Shown piece by piece: positions 48,968 through 58,508 of a stretch of 59,924 nucleotides of DNA; position 1 is the first letter of the stretch; each line of letters opens with the position of its first letter. This DNA comes from an uncultured Acholeplasmatales bacterium (GTDB lineage: Bacteria; Bacillota_I; Bacilli_A; Acholeplasmatales; Anaeroplasmataceae). The notes under the pieces are model-generated. The model did not search any database. It had not been told where the DNA came from and saw nothing but the letters and a program-made list of their open reading frames with translations. The translations under genes and the position numbers were made by a program. Location: contig CAJOQR010000033.1 of assembly GCA_905236965.1 (NCBI GenBank), forward strand, positions 1-59,924, in the 5' to 3' direction.

Positions 48968-49800
48968 AAAATCACCTTCTTATGACGACTTGCGTGACAT
49001 TGTAAATTTACGCATACCGGTAATGATGCAATATGGCATGGATATAAATTTACTTTTACTGATAAAGCTGTTGTTTTTCCACCTAATCCCATTGGACCTA
49101 TATTTAATTCATTAATTTCTTTTAAAAGCTCTTTTTCTAATTTTAAGGCATCTTTATCAGTTGCTTCATCATCAATTGGTCTTAAAAGAGCTTCTTTTGC
49201 TAATAAGCATGATTTTTCTAAATCTCCTCCAATGCCTATTCCAACAACTAAAGGAGGACATGCTCTACCACCAGCGCTTATTATTGTTTCTTTAACAAAT
49301 TTTTTTATTCCATTAATTCCATCTGCAGGAGTAAGCATTTTTACTTTACTCATATTTTCAGAACCAGCACCTTTAGGACAAAGAGTTATTTTTAATTTAT
49401 CACCTAAAGTATATTTAATATGAATTATAGCAGGAGTGTTATCAAAAGTATTTATTCTATTTAAAGGTGATTTAACAACACTTTTTCTTAAATAACCATT
49501 AGTATATCCATTTTTAACGCCTTCATTTATTGCTTTTTCTAAATCACCATCTATATAAACTTCATTTCCAATTTCAACAAAAACAATCATTATTCCTGTA
49601 TCTTGACACATAGGAACAGATTCTTTTGTTGCTATTTCATCATTTTCAATGATTTGTTCTAGAATTGATTTAGATAATCCACATTCATTTTTATAAGCAC
49701 ATTTTAATGAAGATAATACATCAGGTTCTATAAAAGTTGCTGCTTCAATACATAATCTTTCGACTTCTTTTGAAATTGTGTTAGTTTCAATCTTTTTCAT
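48964..49800 (-). CDS. class I fumarate/tartrate hydro-lyase alpha subunit
   Basis: CQDTG, KGAGSENMS, ACPP, GPMGLGG, HIASLPV..QCHA; ATG 49800 after GAGG. Confidence 0.93.
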   Translation of the reverse strand: MKKIETNTISKEVERLCIEAATFIEPDVLSSLKCAYKNECGLSKSILEQIIENDEIATKESVPMCQDTGIMIVFVEIGNEVYIDGDLEKAINEGVKNGYTNGYLRKSVVKSPLNRINTFDNTPAIIHIKYTLGDKLKITLCPKGAGSENMSKVKMLTPADGINGIKKFVKETIISAGGRACPPLVVGIGIGGDLEKSCLLAKEALLRPIDDEATDKDALKLEKELLKEINELNIGPMGLGGKTTALSVKVNLYPCHIASLPVCVNLQCHASRHKKVIL

Positions 49801-49990
49801 TTTTAATACCTCAAACATTTTTTATTATACATAATAAATTTATTATTTTAAAGAATTAAAAACATAAATTAAATAAAATTATAAATTTTATGAACTTATA
49901 ATAAATGTTTTTATATTAATCAATTATTTATTAGTTGAAAATAATTTTTTTAAGTGTTAAGATTATATTATAAATTTTTGAGGTTTTTTT

Positions 49991-50812
49991 ATGAATTTTG
50001 ATGAATGGTTAGATTTAAAAAAGAAAGAAAAAGTTAATAATGCAGTTATTTCAGAAAATGATATAGAATTGTTTTTAAATAATATTAAATGTTTATTTTT
50101 TCCTGGATATAATGAAGAATTTAAAAATTTATCAAATTATTTAGATGAAAAGGTTGCTGATATTAAAAAAGATTTATACAATCTATTAGTATCAGCATCT
50201 AAATTAGAAAATTGCAGTGAATGCTTAAAAAAATCAAAAGATATAATTGATAAATTTTTAAATGAATTACCTCATGTTGACTATTTATTAAAAACTGATG
50301 TTAAAGCATTATATGACGGTGATCCTGCTGCATCAAATGACATTGAAATAATTTTGTGTTATCCTGGCTTAACAGCTATTTATGTTTATAGAATTGCTCA
50401 TGTTTTATATGAAATAGGTGTTCCAATTATACCTAGAGTATTATCTGAATATGCTCATTCAAAAACAGGAATTGATATTCATCCTGGAGCTAAGATTGAT
50501 GAATCATTTTTCATAGATCATGGAACAGGTATAGTTATAGGACAAACATGTGTAATAGGTAAAAGAGTTAAAATATATCAAGGCGTGACTTTAGGAGCTT
50601 TATCTTTAAAGGCAGGTCATGAGCTTCATGGTTCTAAACGTCACCCTACAATAGAAGATGATGTTACAATTTATTCTGGCGCTTCTATATTTGGAGGAGA
50701 AACAGTTATTGGCAAAAATACAACAGTTGGTTCTAGTGCTTTTATAACATCATCAATTGAAGAAAATATGACTGTAACAATTAAAGGACAGAAGAAGAAA
50801 AAGGTTATTTAA
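49991..50812 (+). CDS. cysE: serine O-acetyltransferase
   Basis: GDPAA, YPG, TGIDIHPGA, FIDHGTG, YQGVTLG, KRHPT. Confidence 0.93.
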   Translation: MNFDEWLDLKKKEKVNNAVISENDIELFLNNIKCLFFPGYNEEFKNLSNYLDEKVADIKKDLYNLLVSASKLENCSECLKKSKDIIDKFLNELPHVDYLLKTDVKALYDGDPAASNDIEIILCYPGLTAIYVYRIAHVLYEIGVPIIPRVLSEYAHSKTGIDIHPGAKIDESFFIDHGTGIVIGQTCVIGKRVKIYQGVTLGALSLKAGHELHGSKRHPTIEDDVTIYSGASIFGGETVIGKNTTVGSSAFITSSIEENMTVTIKGQKKKKVI

Positions 50813-50853
50813 TAATCTTTTTTTCTTTTTATAATTATTTTATAAATTTAGTA

Positions 50854-51021
50854 TTGTTTTTTTAAAAAAATTCTATATAATTATATCGTCATTTAAAGGT
50901 GACATGTTTGGGGAGTTAATGGTGAATCCAAGTTACAAGCCAAAAAATTTAATTATATAAATTTTTTAAGAAAGGAAGCAACGAAAAGAAACCCAAATCT
51001 TTTCGGTTCGGTAAACTAAGG
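50854..51021 (+). promoter_or_regulatory. potABCD promoter and structured ~135-nt 5' leader
   Basis: TTGTTT-16 bp-TATAAT(50876); three hairpins and complementary TTTGGG/CCCAAA; G+C enriched relative to other intergenic DNA. Confidence 0.6.
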
Positions 51022-52305
51022 GTGAATAAGCCTATTATCGAATTACACAATATCGTAAAATATTATGGCGATAATTGTGTTGTAGATAATCTTTCATTAG
51101 ATATCTACGAAAATGAGTTTGTAACTCTACTAGGTCCTTCTGGATGTGGTAAAACAACTACACTTAGAATGATTGGAGGATTTGAGTATCCAACGAGTGG
51201 CGAAATAATTGTTAATGGAAAAATTATTAATGATTTGCCTGCATATGCAAGACCAATTAATACTGTATTCCAAAGATATGCGTTATTTCCACATCTTAAT
51301 GTATTTGAAAATGTAGCCTTTGGCATTGTTAATCGTGGAAGAAAATTCATGATTAATTTTTATGGTGGTAAAGAAAATGTTGAAGCTGAAGCATTAGAAT
51401 ATGTTAATAAATTAGGAGCTCAAAAGACTAAGGCATCTTATTTTGATGTTTCAAAATATTTAAAATTTAAAGTAAAAGAATCTGTTTTAGAAGCTTTAAA
51501 TTTAGTTAATTTATCAGGTTTTGAGGAAAGAAAAATTGATAAAATTTCTGGAGGACAAATGCAAAGAGTTGCGATTGCAAGAGCAATTGTTTTAAAACCA
51601 AAAATTTTATTATTAGATGAACCACTTTCCGCACTTGATTTAAAATTAAGACAAAATATGCAATATGAATTAAAAGAAATGCAAAGAAATTTAGGTATTA
51701 CATTTATTTTTGTCACTCATGATCAAGAAGAAGCTATGGTAATGTCTGATCGTATTGTTGTAATGAAAGATGGAATCATTCAACAATTAGGAACTCCTAA
51801 AGATATTTATAATGAACCAAATAACAGATATGTTGCTAATTTCATTGGAGAATCAAATATTATTTCTGGTATTTATACAAGAAAAAATTTTGTTAAATTT
51901 TTAGGTCAAGAATTTAAGGTTGTTGGCTATGAATTTGATGAAGGAGAATCAGTTGATGTAGTTATAAGACCAGAGGATTGGGATGTTGTCCCTTTAAAAA
52001 ATGCTAAAGTTACTGGTAAAGTTATATCTTCAATTTTTAAGGGTGTTCATTTTGAACTTATAGTTGATATTGAAGGTGCAGAATATAAAGTTCATACATA
52101 TGAAGATGTTAATGTTGATGAAACAATTGGTCTTAATGTTGATGCATATGAAATTTGTTTAATGAAATCTGATGGCTCACCTAAAAAATTAATTCCTTTA
52201 ACAGAATTAGATACAAAAAAAGAATATACTTTATTTGATTCAGCTGTATTTGAGGAAAATAATGCTTTTTATGGTCAAGAAGAAGCAAATAATGAGGTAG
52301 AATAA
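51022..52305 (+). CDS. potA: spermidine/putrescine ABC transporter ATPase
   Basis: GPSGCGKTT, NTVFQRYALFPHL, ISGGQMQR, LLDEP, VTHDQEEA. Confidence 0.95.
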   Translation: MNKPIIELHNIVKYYGDNCVVDNLSLDIYENEFVTLLGPSGCGKTTTLRMIGGFEYPTSGEIIVNGKIINDLPAYARPINTVFQRYALFPHLNVFENVAFGIVNRGRKFMINFYGGKENVEAEALEYVNKLGAQKTKASYFDVSKYLKFKVKESVLEALNLVNLSGFEERKIDKISGGQMQRVAIARAIVLKPKILLLDEPLSALDLKLRQNMQYELKEMQRNLGITFIFVTHDQEEAMVMSDRIVVMKDGIIQQLGTPKDIYNEPNNRYVANFIGESNIISGIYTRKNFVKFLGQEFKVVGYEFDEGESVDVVIRPEDWDVVPLKNAKVTGKVISSIFKGVHFELIVDIEGAEYKVHTYEDVNVDETIGLNVDAYEICLMKSDGSPKKLIPLTELDTKKEYTLFDSAVFEENNAFYGQEEANNEVE

Positions 52306-52306
52306 T

Positions 52307-53170
52307 ATGCAGAAGGAAAAAAGAATAATTCCTCCGCATCAGGTTTCTCATCACCTTGATAGAATGGCAAAGCCATATTTGATATGGTTATATATATTTG
52401 CTGTTATTCCTGTTATATTAATGATATTTATGATGTTCGTTGATGCAGAAGGAATAAAATTTAATGGAATGGAAGCAACAATTACAAATTTTCAGATTTT
52501 AACTGAAAAATCTACAATTATTGCTTTTTGGAATTCTTTAAAATATAGTGTTATTACAACTATAATATGTATATTTTTTGGATATTTAGTTGCATATTAT
52601 TTATATAAATCAAAAATTAAAAATAAATATTTAGTTTTATTATTATTAATATTACCAATGTGGACTAATTTTTTGCTTAGAATAAATGCTTTAGCATCAG
52701 TTTTTAAAGCAAATAATATTTTAACAGATTTATTTGGTATAAATGGATATGGTCTAGATATTATTGGTACTGATTTTGCAATTTATTTAGGCATGGTATT
52801 TACATATTTGCCTTTTATGGTAATGCCTATTTATACATCTTTAGAAAAAATAGATCCTTTGCTTCATGAAGCAGCATTAGATTTAGGTATGACAGATTTT
52901 AAAAAGTTTTGGAAGGTTGTTTTTCCTTTATCATCTAAAGGTATAGTTTCAGGCGCAATAATGGTATTATTACCTTGTTTATCAGGATTTGCTATTCCTA
53001 AGATTTTAGGTGATGGTAATATAACTTTAATAGGTAATATCATTGAACAGAATTTTATTAATATGAATTATAATTTAGGTTCTGTTTTAGCAGTATTAAT
53101 ATTAGTTATTATTTTAGGTTCTATCCTAATTATTAACAAAGTTGATAAGGAAGGAGAGACTTTATTATAA
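52307..53170 (+). CDS. potB: spermidine/putrescine ABC permease
   Basis: LPMWTNFLLR, YLPFMVMPIY, EAALDLG. Confidence 0.93.
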   Translation: MQKEKRIIPPHQVSHHLDRMAKPYLIWLYIFAVIPVILMIFMMFVDAEGIKFNGMEATITNFQILTEKSTIIAFWNSLKYSVITTIICIFFGYLVAYYLYKSKIKNKYLVLLLLILPMWTNFLLRINALASVFKANNILTDLFGINGYGLDIIGTDFAIYLGMVFTYLPFMVMPIYTSLEKIDPLLHEAALDLGMTDFKKFWKVVFPLSSKGIVSGAIMVLLPCLSGFAIPKILGDGNITLIGNIIEQNFINMNYNLGSVLAVLILVIILGSILIINKVDKEGETLL

Positions 53171-54060
53171 TGGAAAATAAAATATATAATCCAGCAAATT
53201 ATGAAAGAGCTACATTAGAAGAATATGGATATAAAAAATATAAATCTTTAAAAATATTTTGGTCTATTTTATCAAAAATTTTATTAATATTTGCTATATT
53301 TATGCTTTATTTTGCTGTAATCGTTATTGCAATTCAGTCATTTAATTCATCTGATTCAACAACTGAATTTGTATCATTTACTTTTGATAATTATATTAAT
53401 ATGTTTTCTAAACGTGGATTAAATAGTGCTATTTTTAATACATTTAAAACATCAATTTTTGCGACATTAATCGCAACAGCTTTAGGAACATTGGTTGCAA
53501 TTGGTACTTTTTATTTGCCACCAAAGATAAAAAATAGATTAACATTATTAAATAACATTCCGCTTCTTAATGCTGATATTGTTACAGGTACATCTTTAAT
53601 GATAATCTTTTCTATTTTTTTACCTTTAAATCATAAAATATTTGGTTTTTGGACAATATTGATTGCACATATTTATTTTATATTCCCATATATAATTCTT
53701 TCTGTATTACCTAAAATGAAAGAAATAGATCCAAATATGCTTGATGCTTCACTAGATTTAGGTGTAAAGCCTTTTAAATCAGTTTTAAAAGTTATTATAC
53801 CTGCGATTAAAGGTGGTATTTTTTCTGGTTTAATGCTTGCTTTTACGATTTCATTTGAAGATTTCGTTGTAGGTTATTTTACAACAGGTAATGGTTATAA
53901 TACTCTTTCCATTTGGATTTATAATTCAATTGGAAGAAAAAGCTTATTCCCAGGTGTATATGCTTTTTCTACATCTTTGACATTATTAACAATCCTTGGC
54001 ATCTTAATTTATTATTTTGTTAAAGGTAGAATAGGAGCTAAAAATGAAAAGAAAAATTAG
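53170..54060 (+). CDS. potC: spermidine/putrescine ABC permease
   Basis: SFN, NADIVTG, ASLDLG, AFTISFEDF. Confidence 0.93.
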   Translation: MENKIYNPANYERATLEEYGYKKYKSLKIFWSILSKILLIFAIFMLYFAVIVIAIQSFNSSDSTTEFVSFTFDNYINMFSKRGLNSAIFNTFKTSIFATLIATALGTLVAIGTFYLPPKIKNRLTLLNNIPLLNADIVTGTSLMIIFSIFLPLNHKIFGFWTILIAHIYFIFPYIILSVLPKMKEIDPNMLDASLDLGVKPFKSVLKVIIPAIKGGIFSGLMLAFTISFEDFVVGYFTTGNGYNTLSIWIYNSIGRKSLFPGVYAFSTSLTLLTILGILIYYFVKGRIGAKNEKKN

Positions 54061-55441
54061 TTTTGTATTATTAGCCTTATTATTAGTATTAACAATTTCT
54101 AGTTGTGGTAATAAAAATGTATTATTATTTTTAAACTGGGGAGAATATATTGATGAAACTTTATTAGATGATTTTGAAAATTTATATAATTGTCAGGTAC
54201 AAATGGATTTAGGTGAATCAAATGAAATCTTTTATTCAAAGGTTTCAGCTGGTACAACTGTTTATGATGTTGTTTGTCCTTCTGATTATATGGTTGAAAA
54301 ATTATATATGAATGATATGTTATCTGAAATAGATTTTTCTAAAATTTCAAATTTTGATAAAGATAATTTAAGACCTGGTGTTAAAAAAATATATAATGAT
54401 ATGAATGAAGAATTAGATAGATTAGTAGATTCATATGAATTAAATGATATTGATAATTATTTTGTTCCATATCTATGGGGAACATGGGGAATTTGCTATA
54501 CAACAAAAAAAGAAGGCTTAAAAGAAGCAATAACTGAATCAGATAATGAATGGGCATCTCTTTTTGATAGATCTAAATTACCTTCAAATACAAAGGTTGC
54601 TCAATATGAATCACATCAACATGCATATTATGCAGCATGTCGTTATTTAGAGCATGAAGGATATAATATTAATCCTTATGATGAATTGAATGATACAAAT
54701 TTATCTTTAATTGAAAATTTAGTATCAAAAATGAAATATAATGCTTGGGGTACTGATTCAATAAAAAAGGATATTGTTGCAGGAAATATTGATGTTGGCT
54801 TTATGTGGACTGGTGATTTTTTATATTATTATTCTGAAAATGCAGCAAATATAACTATGGATGCATATTTAAATAATGATATATCAATTGAACAAATACC
54901 TACATTTTTAGATTCAATTATGGGAAATGATGCTATTTATAATGTGAATGATAATTCATATGAAATAGGTTTTGATTTTTTCATCCCTTCTGATACAATT
55001 GCTTTTTGTGATAATTTAGTTATTACTAAAGAATCTTCAAATAAAGATTTAGCTTATAAATTTATAGATTTTTTAATTTCAAGATCTTATGAAAATAAAA
55101 AAGAAGAAGAAAATATTTCTGAAGATGTTGAATTTATAAATGATGATCCAGCTTACACTTATACATATTATGTAGATTATGACTCTCCATATATTGATGT
55201 ATATAATGATATTGTAAGCTTATCTGAAACTATATTTACAAAAGAAATTGAAGATGATTTTATTGAATCAAAGGTTGATGCATATGATTCTGATTTATAT
55301 TGGATGATGTATGATTATGCAATAGGAATTTCATTTGAAAAATATTATCCTTTTGATTCAGAAAAAGGTACAAAATTATCTTGCTTTGATAGAAAATATA
55401 TTTATAAAATTAATAAATCATTTAATAATGCGAGAGCATAA
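54044..55441 (+). CDS. potD: spermidine/putrescine-binding lipoprotein
   Basis: Lipobox ISSC; NWGEYID, SNE, YDVVCPSDYM, PYLWGT, W.GD. Confidence 0.9.
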   Translation: MKRKISFVLLALLLVLTISSCGNKNVLLFLNWGEYIDETLLDDFENLYNCQVQMDLGESNEIFYSKVSAGTTVYDVVCPSDYMVEKLYMNDMLSEIDFSKISNFDKDNLRPGVKKIYNDMNEELDRLVDSYELNDIDNYFVPYLWGTWGICYTTKKEGLKEAITESDNEWASLFDRSKLPSNTKVAQYESHQHAYYAACRYLEHEGYNINPYDELNDTNLSLIENLVSKMKYNAWGTDSIKKDIVAGNIDVGFMWTGDFLYYYSENAANITMDAYLNNDISIEQIPTFLDSIMGNDAIYNVNDNSYEIGFDFFIPSDTIAFCDNLVITKESSNKDLAYKFIDFLISRSYENKKEEENISEDVEFINDDPAYTYTYYVDYDSPYIDVYNDIVSLSETIFTKEIEDDFIESKVDAYDSDLYWMMYDYAIGISFEKYYPFDSEKGTKLSCFDRKYIYKINKSFNNARA

Positions 55442-55534
55442 TATTAATTAATAATTTAAATTTAAAAGCGATTTCATAATTGAATTATAATTTAATTATT
55501 ATATAATAATTAAGGAATTAAGGAGAAAGAAGTT

Positions 55535-55714
55535 ATGACATTTAGAGATCCTTTAATGCTTTTAAGTTTGTTAAATACAAAATTAAGAGATTTTTATAAT
55601 TCATTAGATGATTTATGTTATGATGAAAACATAGATAAATTAGAATTGTTATCATATTTTAAAGATAACAATATTATATATGATGAATCAACAAATCAAT
55701 TTAAAAAATTCTAA
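55535..55714 (+). CDS. DUF4250-like small protein (59 aa, not in ORF track)
   Basis: SD AAGGAG; DPLMLLSLLNTKLRDFYNSLDDLC...YDESTNQF; hairpin terminator 55703-55737. Confidence 0.85.
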   Translation: MTFRDPLMLLSLLNTKLRDFYNSLDDLCYDENIDKLELLSYFKDNNIIYDESTNQFKKF

Positions 55715-55783
55715 CGTGATAGTTAGAATTTTTTTCTTTATAAAAATAATAACTTTTGTTATAATACTAAATAGGTGAGTCAT

Positions 55784-56605
55784 ATGTTTGAACTTAAAAA
55801 TACTAATATGAGTTTAAAGGAAGCATTAGATTTTGTATCTGATGGTGAAACTATTTGTTTAGAAAATAAAACTTATTATGAAAAAATTGATTTATATAAA
55901 AAAAATATAACTTTAATTGGTCAAGAAAATACAAAAATTTCTTATAATGCATTTTCTGGAATGATTATACCAAAAGAATTTTTGGGGGATGGAGTTTTAA
56001 AATATAGTACAACTACATCTTCAACATTTAGAGTGCATAAAGGTGCAGATGGTTTTAAGGCATTTGGTATAACATTTGAAAATTCTTATAAAAGAGAAAA
56101 TAATACTGATGGTCAAGCGGTTGCTTTTAAATCAGAAGCAAATGATTTAATGATAGATAATTGTCGTTTTATAGGTGAGCAGGATACTTTATACATTGAT
56201 TCAGGTAAAAATAATAAAATAACAAGTTCATATATAGAAGGAGATATAGATTTTATTTTTGGTTCAGCAGATTGTACATTTAATAATTGTGAAATAGTTG
56301 GTTTAAATAAAGAAATTGTATATTTTACTGCTCCATCAACATATGTTGATAATAAAAAAGGATTTCATTTTAAATATTGTAATTTTAAAACAAATGCTAT
56401 AAATTCATATTTAGGTAGAGCTTGGTATCCAAAAGGTGCTAAAAAAGAAGTATATCCTAAATTAATATTAAAAAAATGTAAGATTGAAGGAAATGTTGTT
56501 TTAGATTTAATTCAAATGCATGAAAATGATCCAAGAAAATATGAATTAAGAATAAATAATTCATTATTAAACAATAATGAAATTGATATAAATATCATTA
56601 AATAA
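55784..56605 (+). CDS. pectin methylesterase (CE8)
   Basis: YYEK, QAVA, QDTLY, DFIFG, YLGRAW motifs; ATG 55784 after AGGTGA. Confidence 0.9.
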   Translation: MFELKNTNMSLKEALDFVSDGETICLENKTYYEKIDLYKKNITLIGQENTKISYNAFSGMIIPKEFLGDGVLKYSTTTSSTFRVHKGADGFKAFGITFENSYKRENNTDGQAVAFKSEANDLMIDNCRFIGEQDTLYIDSGKNNKITSSYIEGDIDFIFGSADCTFNNCEIVGLNKEIVYFTAPSTYVDNKKGFHFKYCNFKTNAINSYLGRAWYPKGAKKEVYPKLILKKCKIEGNVVLDLIQMHENDPRKYELRINNSLLNNNEIDINIIK

Positions 56606-56627
56606 TATATTGTATAAGGAGGATGGC

Positions 56628-57509
56628 ATGATTAATTTTCATAAATATGGCTTTTTAGATGTAAAAAAATTAAAAAAATATGTTGAAAATGAACATTTTT
56701 GGATTTGTAGATTTAATCCATATTGGCTATTTGTTAATGCCCATATGTATAAATTTGAAATTGCATATGATAATGATTATTGTTATATAAGATTTAATAT
56801 GCCAAATGTTGGTGTATGCTATTATCCTCCTTTAGGTAATAAAAATATAAATAAAGGAATTTTTAATATAATTGAAGATGCAAAAGAATTAAATTATGAA
56901 CTTAATTTTGCGCCTGTTTATGAAAATGCAATTGGATTTTTTAATGATAGAAATTTAAAAATGTTATTAAATGATTCATTTCCAAGTTATATTTATTCTT
57001 CAATGGATTTAGCATATATGAAAAATTTAAAAAAATCATTAAAATTGGCTAAAGCATTTGAATCAAATCATAAAAAAAATGAATTATGCTATAGAAAAAT
57101 AAAAAAAGAAGATTTTCCTAATATTTTAGAATTTGTTGAAAATTGGCATTTATCACAAAAAACATTTAATGATATTGAATTTATTGAAAAATTAAATGTT
57201 ATTAAGCAATTAATGGATCATTTATATGAATTTGATTTAAAATCTATTATTTTATATGATGAAAATAAAATATATGGAATATCTATAGCATCAATTATAG
57301 GTAATATGGCATATATACATCTTCATATTTCCTTAGAAAATGAAAAAGGTGCATTTGAAATGCTAACTATGTCAATGGCAAAAGAATTAGCAATTAATGC
57401 AAGATATATAAATTTTGAAGAGGATTTAAAAAAAGAAGATATTAAAATGCGTCTTTTAGAATTAAAACCATTAAAAGAAGAATGCTTTTATGCAACATTT
57501 AGATTGTAG
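56628..57509 (+). CDS. DUF2156-like (aminoacyl-transferase GNAT fold) protein, divergent
   Basis: Y.PPLG, YIY...DLA, YINFEED pattern; ATG 56628 after AAGGAGG. Confidence 0.7.
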   Translation: MINFHKYGFLDVKKLKKYVENEHFWICRFNPYWLFVNAHMYKFEIAYDNDYCYIRFNMPNVGVCYYPPLGNKNINKGIFNIIEDAKELNYELNFAPVYENAIGFFNDRNLKMLLNDSFPSYIYSSMDLAYMKNLKKSLKLAKAFESNHKKNELCYRKIKKEDFPNILEFVENWHLSQKTFNDIEFIEKLNVIKQLMDHLYEFDLKSIILYDENKIYGISIASIIGNMAYIHLHISLENEKGAFEMLTMSMAKELAINARYINFEEDLKKEDIKMRLLELKPLKEECFYATFRL

Positions 57510-58508
57510 GTGATTTTATTGAAAAAGGTAGATAATAAAAAGGTAGATAATATAATTGTAAAAAAAGATAAATCTAAAATCTTTTTATATACAATAGCAA
57601 TAGGCTGTTTAATTGTTTTTGCTATTATTTTAATTAGCTCTATATTAGATATAGGAGAAAAAATTAGAGCTTTTGCATCATGGGGCATTTATGTTGAAAT
57701 AGGTTTTTATGCATTAGTTTTATTACTCATTTTTTTATTGATTGTAAGGCCTATTATTATAATATTTAAATCACCTGATTTATCAATTGTAACATCTATG
57801 GATAAATTAGATCATAGAGCAATTACTATTTATAAAAAGGTTGCAAAAAATATTGTTAAAAATAATGATTTGCCTGAAGAAGAAAAAATATTATTATTAG
57901 ATTATAAAGCAAATGATGAATTATTAATAAATTTAAATTCAGTATTTCAAAATACAGTAAAAAAACAGCTTAATAAAATAATTATTAATAATGCAAAAAT
58001 TGTAATGATTTCTACAGCAATTTGTCAAAGCTCAAGATTTGATATGATTACTGTTTTTACAATAAATTTAAAAATGATAAAAGAATTAGTTGAAAAATGT
58101 GGTTTTAGACCTTCTACTAAAAATTTATCTAAATTAACAATTAATGTTTTTGGAACTGCATTAATTGCAGAAGGCATAGAAAATTTAACTATAGATGATG
58201 TAATGCCAAAAACTGCAATGAATGCAATTTCTGAGGTTCCTTTATTAGGAAAAACCTTAGATTCAGTTATACAAGGGGCTGCTAATGCGCTTTTAACTGT
58301 AAGAATTGGATGTGTTGCAAGAAGATATTTATTTTCTGATGGATCAGTAGTTACAAAAGAAGATATTAGAAAACAAGCTTATAAAGAAACTTTATTGTTA
58401 ATTCCTCAAGTAATTGCTGGAACAGTTAGTTTCTTTCCTAAAAAAATTGTAAAATTTTTTACAGATAAAATGAAAAAAGATGAAGAGGTAGTAACAGATG
58501 GAGAATAA
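57510..58508 (+). CDS. YcjF/DUF697 family membrane protein
   Basis: Two N-terminal TMs; STAICQ...D, GFRPS, QGAANALLT.RIG. Confidence 0.8.
   Translation: MILLKKVDNKKVDNIIVKKDKSKIFLYTIAIGCLIVFAIILISSILDIGEKIRAFASWGIYVEIGFYALVLLLIFLLIVRPIIIIFKSPDLSIVTSMDKLDHRAITIYKKVAKNIVKNNDLPEEEKILLLDYKANDELLINLNSVFQNTVKKQLNKIIINNAKIVMISTAICQSSRFDMITVFTINLKMIKELVEKCGFRPSTKNLSKLTINVFGTALIAEGIENLTIDDVMPKTAMNAISEVPLLGKTLDSVIQGAANALLTVRIGCVARRYLFSDGSVVTKEDIRKQAYKETLLLIPQVIAGTVSFFPKKIVKFFTDKMKKDEEVVTDGE

Noticed and set aside
50888-51021. Assignment of the potA leader to c-di-AMP (ydaO), yybP-ykoY, SAM-I or T-box families
   Set aside because: Only isolated words match (GGTGAATCC, GGGGAGT, AGGGTG); the full consensus architecture is absent
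344-57688. Short shadow ORFs (e.g. 344-532, 4905-5114, 5940-6140, 10919-11119, 17906-18181, 44224-44451, 46055-46321, 48033-48332, 51105-51350, 57488-57688)
   Set aside because: Antisense or out-of-frame inside well-supported genes, with low-complexity L/I/F-rich translations
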